The position numbers and the translations under genes are program-made. Below, piece by piece: positions 24,520 through 29,994 of a DNA stretch of 29,994 nt. Source of the DNA: Stellaceae bacterium (GTDB lineage Bacteria; Pseudomonadota; Alphaproteobacteria; ATCC43930; CGMCC-115725); contig DATLTH010000649.1 of the NCBI GenBank assembly GCA_035533695.1, forward strand, positions 1 to 29,994, in the 5' to 3' direction. The notes under the pieces were generated by a model. It saw only the letters and a program-made list of their open reading frames with translations. It was not told where the DNA came from and did no database searches. Each line of letters begins with the position of its first letter. The stretch's first letter is position 1.

Positions 24520-26232
24520 CTATGGCGCGATGTCGCGCAGGAAGCCGAAATCGCATCCCTGGTCGGCCTGCAGCACCGTATCGAGATAAAGCTTGCGGTA
24601 GCCGCGGCGAGCCTGCGGCGGAGCGGGCTGCCACGCGGCCCGACGACGTTTGAGCTCGGCTGGCTCGACCAGCAGATCGAGCTGGCGCGCGGCAACGCTG
24701 AGGCGGATGCGATCGCCGTTCCGCACCAGGGCAAGCGGGCCTCCCAAAGCTGCCTCCGGCGTCACATGCAGGATGACGGTGCCGAAGGCCGTGCCGCTCA
24801 TTCGCGCGTCGGAGATGCGAACCATGTCCTTGACGCCGGCGCGCGCTAGTTTCGCCGGGATCGGCAGGTAGCCCGCCTCGGGCATGCCGAACTTGCTCGT
24901 CGGGCCGGCATTCTGGAGCACCAGGAAATCCTCGGGTGCTACGTCGAGCGCCGGATCGTCAATGCGACGGGCAAGATCCTCCAGCGAGGAAAACACCACC
25001 GCCCGCCCCTCGCGCTCGAAGAGGCTCTGGTCAGCAGCCGAGCGCTTGAGAATGGCGCCGCGCGGCGCTAGCGTACCGAACAGTGCAACCAATCCGCCGA
25101 CCGGCTCGATGGGCTCGTCAGCGCCGCGAATGACCCGGCGATCGACGAAGACGTTGGTCTCGGCGTCGAGCCTCTCGGCCAGGGTCTCGCCAGTCACCGT
25201 GATGCAATCGAGGTGGAGCTTGGGACGGAGCGCGCGGAGCACCGCCCCCACGCCGCCTGCAGCGAAGAAATCCTCCATGTAATGCGCACCGGTCGGTTTC
25301 AAATTCACCAGAACCGGCGTGGTTTCGGAGAGCTCGTTAAGCCACGCGAGCGAGATTTCGATGCCGAGCCGGCCGGCGATCGCGGTGAGTTGGATGATGG
25401 CGTTGGTCGATCCGCCAACGGCGAGCATGATGCGGAGCGCGTTTTCGACCGCGTTCCGAGTGACGATGCGTCGCGGCGTCAGCTTGCTGGTAGCGGCGCG
25501 CAGTGCTTGGGCACCAGTCGCTTCGGCCGCCCGCAATCGGTCGGCGTGAACCGCAGGAATCGCCGCCGTTCCTGGCAGCGACATGCCGAGGGCCTCGACG
25601 ATGCAGGCCATCGTGCTGGCGGTCCCCATGACGGCGCAGGTGCCCGCTGTCGTAGCCAGATTCTTCTCGATGGCCTCGATCTCCTTAAGTCCGATTTCTC
25701 CGGCGCGATAGCGCGCCCAGAAGCGTCGGCAGTCGGTGCAGGCGCCGAGCCGCTCGCCCTCGTAGCGCCCCGTCATCATCGGACCCGCCACGAGCTGGAT
25801 GGCCGGTATATCGGCTGAAGCCGCCCCCATGAGCTGCGCCGGCACCGTCTTGTCGCAACCGCCCATCAGCACCACGGCGTCCATGGGCTGCGCACCGATC
25901 ATCTCCTCGACGTCCATCGACATGAGGTTGCGGAACATTAAGCTCGTGGGGCTGAGAAAGACCTCGCCGAGCGAGATCGTGGGAAACTCGAGCGGCAGGC
26001 CGCCTGCCGCCAGAACGCCGCGCTTCACTGCTTCGAGCAAGTCGGGAAAGTGCCGGTGACAGTTGTTGAAGCCGCTGGGGGTATAGGCGATCCCAATCAC
26101 CGGGCGCGCCAGTATGTCGCGCGAATACCCCATAGACGCAGCGAATGAGCGCCGCAGATAGAGCGAAAAATCGCGATCGCCGTAATCGGTCAGGCCGCGC
26201 GCTAGCCCGCGCCGGCCCTCATCCTCGGCCAT
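24520..26232 (-). CDS. IlvD/Edd-family dehydratase (sugar-acid-type subgroup), 570 aa
   Basis: FNNCH, GGCDKT, GTCAVMGTAST, GGSTNA, GMPEAG, DMVRISDARMSGT. Confidence 0.92.
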   Translation of the reverse strand: MAEDEGRRGLARGLTDYGDRDFSLYLRRSFAASMGYSRDILARPVIGIAYTPSGFNNCHRHFPDLLEAVKRGVLAAGGLPLEFPTISLGEVFLSPTSLMFRNLMSMDVEEMIGAQPMDAVVLMGGCDKTVPAQLMGAASADIPAIQLVAGPMMTGRYEGERLGACTDCRRFWARYRAGEIGLKEIEAIEKNLATTAGTCAVMGTASTMACIVEALGMSLPGTAAIPAVHADRLRAAEATGAQALRAATSKLTPRRIVTRNAVENALRIMLAVGGSTNAIIQLTAIAGRLGIEISLAWLNELSETTPVLVNLKPTGAHYMEDFFAAGGVGAVLRALRPKLHLDCITVTGETLAERLDAETNVFVDRRVIRGADEPIEPVGGLVALFGTLAPRGAILKRSAADQSLFEREGRAVVFSSLEDLARRIDDPALDVAPEDFLVLQNAGPTSKFGMPEAGYLPIPAKLARAGVKDMVRISDARMSGTAFGTVILHVTPEAALGGPLALVRNGDRIRLSVAARQLDLLVEPAELKRRRAAWQPAPPQARRGYRKLYLDTVLQADQGCDFGFLRDIAP

Positions 26233-26240
26233 GCGCGCGC

Positions 26241-27677
26241 TCAGAGCCGGTATTTGACGTATTTGGGCTCAAGATAGTCCTTGATGCCGAGCATCCCGCC
26301 CTCACGGCCCATGCCGCTTTCCTTGACGCCGCCGAACGGCGCCTCGGCGGTTGCCAGCAGCATCTCGTTAACGCCGACCATGCCGACCTCGAGCGCCTCG
26401 GACGCGAGTATCGCCCGGCGCAACGAGTTGGTGAAGACGTAGCCCGCAAGACCAAACGGCACATTGTTGGCGCGCGCGATAACGTCGTCGAATTCCGTGA
26501 AGCCGGCGATTGGCGCGACCGGCACGAACGGCTCTTCCGTCATGACGCGTGCATCGTCCGGCACATTGCCGAGCACGGTCGGCTCGAAGAAATAGCCGCG
26601 ATTGCTGTCGGGCGGCGGCCCGCCGCCGGCGAGAACGCAGGCGCCGCGTCGCTTGGCATCGTCGACCAGCGCCTTGGCATGATCGAGGCCGCGTCGATTG
26701 GCGAGCGGCCCGACCGTGATGCCCTCGTGCAACCCATGGCCGATCTTGAGGCTCTTGGCGAGCGCGGCGAAGGCGGCGCTGAACGGCTCGCGGATACTCT
26801 CATGGACGTAGAATCGGCTGGGCGAGATGCAGACTTGGCCGCAATTGCGGAACTTCGCAGTACCGGCGGCGTGCGCGGCGGCGACCGGATCGGCGTCCTC
26901 GAAGACGATAACCGGGGCGTGGCCGCCCAATTCCATCGATACCTTCTTGACGCCATCCGCGCAAAGCCGGAGCAGACGCTTGCCGACCGGGACCGAGCCG
27001 GTGAACGAGACCTTGCGCACGATGGGCGAGGCGATTAGGTGAGAGGCGATTGGATCGGAGCTGCCGGTCACCAAGTTAACAACCCCGGCGGGTATGCCCG
27101 CGTCGTGACACGCCTCGATCAACGCCATGCATGAACCCGGCGATTCACTCGCGGGCTTAACGATGATCGAACAGCCGGCCGCGAGTGCCGCCGCGATCTT
27201 GCGCGCCGGCAGCAGAGCCGGGAAATTCCAGGCCGAGAATGCGGCGACCACGCCGACCGGCTGGTAGATGACCGCCAGGCGATTCTCCGGCGTGCGCCCC
27301 TCGATTGTCTGGCCATAGATGCGCTTGGTCTCCTCGGCATACCATTCGAACTGGTCGGCGGCGGCGTTAGTCTCGCCTTGCGATTCCGCAAGCGGCTTTC
27401 CTGTCTCCACCGTCATCATGCCGGCGATGGAGCCGACGCGCTGGCGGACGAGATCGGCTACCCGGCGCATGTGCAACGAGCGCTCCCACGGCGAGGTGGC
27501 GCGCCAAACCTTCAGCCCGTTTCGCGCGGCATCGAGCGCGGCATCGAGATCCGCTGCATCGGCGGCGGGAATCGCGCCGACCGTTTCCTCCGTCGCCGGA
27601 TCGACCACCAGGAGCGTTTTGCCGTCTCGTGCCTGGCGCCAATAACCGTCGATATAAAGCCCGTAGTTCTCGTACAT
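26241..27677 (-). CDS. NAD(P)-dependent aldehyde dehydrogenase (succinate-semialdehyde dehydrogenase-like), 478 aa
   Basis: AWNFP, FTGSVPVGK, MELGGHAP, NCGQVCISP, APFGGVKESGMGREGG. AAGGAAG SD before ATG 27677. Confidence 0.92.
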   Translation of the reverse strand: MYENYGLYIDGYWRQARDGKTLLVVDPATEETVGAIPAADAADLDAALDAARNGLKVWRATSPWERSLHMRRVADLVRQRVGSIAGMMTVETGKPLAESQGETNAAADQFEWYAEETKRIYGQTIEGRTPENRLAVIYQPVGVVAAFSAWNFPALLPARKIAAALAAGCSIIVKPASESPGSCMALIEACHDAGIPAGVVNLVTGSSDPIASHLIASPIVRKVSFTGSVPVGKRLLRLCADGVKKVSMELGGHAPVIVFEDADPVAAAHAAGTAKFRNCGQVCISPSRFYVHESIREPFSAAFAALAKSLKIGHGLHEGITVGPLANRRGLDHAKALVDDAKRRGACVLAGGGPPPDSNRGYFFEPTVLGNVPDDARVMTEEPFVPVAPIAGFTEFDDVIARANNVPFGLAGYVFTNSLRRAILASEALEVGMVGVNEMLLATAEAPFGGVKESGMGREGGMLGIKDYLEPKYVKYRL

Positions 27678-27706
27678 CTTCCTTACCTTGCCCCCAATCG
27701 TCTCCG

Positions 27707-29659
27707 CTAGATGTCCTGCCCGTGATAACGGTCCTGAACCTCGGTGCACCAATTGCCCACGTTCCACGCGCCGTAAGCGCCCATGCCGCCGCGTGGATCT
27801 GGACCCGCATAGACCGGCACGTGGACCACCGAAAGCCCGGCATGCTGATGCGCGGCGCGGAGCGCGGCCTGGAGTTCGCCGACGGTGGTGCCACCGAATA
27901 TGGCCTGCACACCGTTCACCGCAGAAGCCAACCGCACATAGTCGACGGCAACGGAATCGTTGGTGCGGAAATCGTGGCCGTATTGCGCTTCTTGAAGGCC
28001 GGTGATGGCGGCCATGCGACGGTTGTCGAAAATCACCACCATACCCCGCGCCCCAAACTCCACGGCGTCGATCAGGATTTGCGGATTCATCATGAAGGAG
28101 CCGTCGCCGCAGAAGGCGATGCCGTATTCGGGTGCATCGGCGAGGCCGGCCGCGGCGATGGCGCTAGGAGCGAAGCCCATATAGGAGGCGCCGGTCTCGG
28201 TGAATGTGCGCCGCGGGCGGTCGTCCTCTATGATTTGGAAGCCGTTGGCCTGCACGTCGCCCGCGTCGAAATACTTGACTGCGTCGATCGACTTGGCGAA
28301 ATCGGCCACGGTCTTGATGGCAACCGGCTGGGTTAGCACGGGCCGGCCCCATGCGGCGTCGGCCAGCGGCGGCGTCGCGTAACGCTGCTCCTTGAATAGC
28401 CGCCACTCGGCTTTCTTGATCCGGCAAGCATCGAGCCATCCTCGCTGCGTGTCGAGCTTGACACCGCCGTTGCGCTCCAGCGCCGCCAGAAGGCGCGCAA
28501 GGTTGGCGCCGATGTCACCAGGCAGCGCCAGCGTCTTGTTGTAATGGTCGACATCGGCGAGATCGCCGTTGAGATTGATCACCGCCTCGGCCTTCTCGTA
28601 GCCGATGCCGGAGCAATCGGCTTGGCACACGCCGCGCGAGCCGATGATGATTGCGAGGTCGCCATTGGCCATCGCGTAGTTGCCGCTGATCGAGCCCTTG
28701 CTGCCGCCGACATGCATGTTATGCGGATGGGCATCGGGCAGGACGCCGAGAGCGCCGGGCGACAGCACCACTGCGCCGCCGACCCTCTCCGCGAGCTGCC
28801 TGATCGCCGGTCCGAAGTCGCGGCTGCCGCCGCCAACTTTGATGACGACGCGGCGGTGCCGGCGGATACGGTCGGCGGCCGCGTCGAAGACAGCCTCATC
28901 GACCACGCCCATCCTGGGCAAGGACCGGCATGACGGCAATGCGGCGAGATTGAGTCCGGCAATCGGCGCCGGCTGCATATTGATCGGCAGCAAGAGATAA
29001 AACGGCCCAGGCCGGTAGGGATGGCCGACGCGCAGCGCGCCGCGCCGCAACGCGTCGCGCAGGGCGTCGGGCGTGTGCAGCACATAGGACTCGCCCATGA
29101 GCGCAGTGATGCGGCCGAAGAGCTCCTGTTCGGGCTTCGGCACCTGCTGCATGTTGTAACCTTCGCCGTGCGTCGTCTCGTCACCGTAGATGTGATAGAC
29201 GCCGACCCCGTTAGACGCCGCCGCGAGCGAGCCAGCCATCGCCTGCATTGCACCGGGGCCGATCGAAGTCACCACCGCGCAAAGCTCGCCGAATTGCCAG
29301 CGCAACACGCTGGCGACGTGCGCCATCTCCACCTCGTTACGGAAATTGTAGGTGAAGGTGGCGCCCTCTTCCTGGTAGACCCGCAGCACTTCGGCGAGAT
29401 CGGTCGAACCATGACCGAAGATCGCGAGATACTTGCGCACGCCCTGCTTGAGGAGGCCGAGCACCACGCCCTCGGAGAGGGTCACGTCGACGCGCGCCGG
29501 AAGTTCGCCGGCGGCGACTGCTGCGTCGATCCCGCCAGCGCAGGCGATGGCACGCGCCCGCCGACGCATGGCGAGAGGTGCCGGCACCGCCGGCGTGCCG
29601 ACACGTGCCGTCGGATCCCGCGTGGGCGCGCCGCCGACGATTTTCGCGTCGATGCTCAC
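27707..29659 (-). CDS. ThDP-dependent enzyme, divergent IolD/acetolactate-synthase-like, about 650 aa
   Basis: IFGHGS, RNEVEMAH (catalytic Glu), TSIGPGA, GDGSFMM..N ThDP motif. GTG start overlaps the MFS stop. Confidence 0.85.
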   Translation of the reverse strand: MSIDAKIVGGAPTRDPTARVGTPAVPAPLAMRRRARAIACAGGIDAAVAAGELPARVDVTLSEGVVLGLLKQGVRKYLAIFGHGSTDLAEVLRVYQEEGATFTYNFRNEVEMAHVASVLRWQFGELCAVVTSIGPGAMQAMAGSLAAASNGVGVYHIYGDETTHGEGYNMQQVPKPEQELFGRITALMGESYVLHTPDALRDALRRGALRVGHPYRPGPFYLLLPINMQPAPIAGLNLAALPSCRSLPRMGVVDEAVFDAAADRIRRHRRVVIKVGGGSRDFGPAIRQLAERVGGAVVLSPGALGVLPDAHPHNMHVGGSKGSISGNYAMANGDLAIIIGSRGVCQADCSGIGYEKAEAVINLNGDLADVDHYNKTLALPGDIGANLARLLAALERNGGVKLDTQRGWLDACRIKKAEWRLFKEQRYATPPLADAAWGRPVLTQPVAIKTVADFAKSIDAVKYFDAGDVQANGFQIIEDDRPRRTFTETGASYMGFAPSAIAAAGLADAPEYGIAFCGDGSFMMNPQILIDAVEFGARGMVVIFDNRRMAAITGLQEAQYGHDFRTNDSVAVDYVRLASAVNGVQAIFGGTTVGELQAALRAAHQHAGLSVVHVPVYAGPDPRGGMGAYGAWNVGNWCTEVQDRYHGQDI

Positions 29660-29994
29660 GCCGAGGTCCTCTCCTTCGCCACCCGGTCGCTCGTCCGCAT
29701 ACTCGGCTCCTCCCAGACCGGCGGGCTGAACTTCAGCGGAATGATCATGAGACCGGCGACGATCGCCATGATGCCGGCGACGCTGATGGCGAAGGTGAAT
29801 CCGTGCTCGAGGATAAGCACCGTCGACAGGATGCCGCCATAGATCCCACCCGAACCTTTGGCGACCGCATAGAGGAATCCGTAATTCCCGCCGGCGGCCG
29901 CCTCGCCGAAATAGTGGCCGATGGTGATCGGAAAGAGCGAGAAGAGCGATGCCCAGAAAAAGATCGCCAGGATCGCCGCGACGACGAACAGAGT
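29656..29994 (-). CDS. MFS transporter, oxalate/formate antiporter (OFA)-like, 3' part
   Basis: Manual translation: ...FFWASLFSLFPITIGHYFGEAAAGGNYGFLYAVAKGSGGIYGG...; NYG.LY.AKG is typical of the OFA family. Confidence 0.75.
   Translation of the reverse strand, partial: TLFVVAAILAIFFWASLFSLFPITIGHYFGEAAAGGNYGFLYAVAKGSGGIYGGILSTVLILEHGFTFAISVAGIMAIVAGLMIIPLKFSPPVWEEPSMRTSDRVAKERTSA

Noticed and set aside
1-29994. CRISPR arrays, tRNA or rRNA genes, complete IS elements with terminal repeats, att direct repeats
   Set aside because: None recognised by eye; tRNAscan, CRISPR finders and ISEScan were not run.

Overview
GC-rich alphaproteobacterial-type DNA. Positions 1 to about 23860 are the core of an ICEMlSym/Tn4371-like integrative conjugative element, almost all on the minus strand. 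Read in the direction of transcription it contains: a decayed P4-type integrase 3' end, a frameshifted XRE gene, traR-traI-fseA (msi172/msi171 with an intact +1 frameshift motif), qseM, a QseC-like XRE gene, ardC with two small genes and parB, rdfS-traF-lytic transglycosylase, a candidate oriT, the relaxase, a variable region (YdeI gene, toxin-antitoxin pair, small genes), and traG-copG-[DNA methyltransferase]-trbBCDEJL. Positions ~23860-24450 are fused fragments of an IS1595-family transposase and an XerD-like/IS91-like element. Positions 24520-29994 are a catabolic operon: OFA-type MFS transporter (partial), IolD-like ThDP enzyme, aldehyde dehydrogenase and IlvD/Edd dehydratase. The most unusual observations are (i) a single gene bounded by two directly oriented 28-bp 11-6-11 recombination-like sites, (ii) an orphan methyltransferase translationally coupled inside the trb operon, and (iii) a 66-aa leading-region protein ending in the clamp-binding motif QLSLF. 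All assignments come from motif reading and recall of protein families; no database searches were run.
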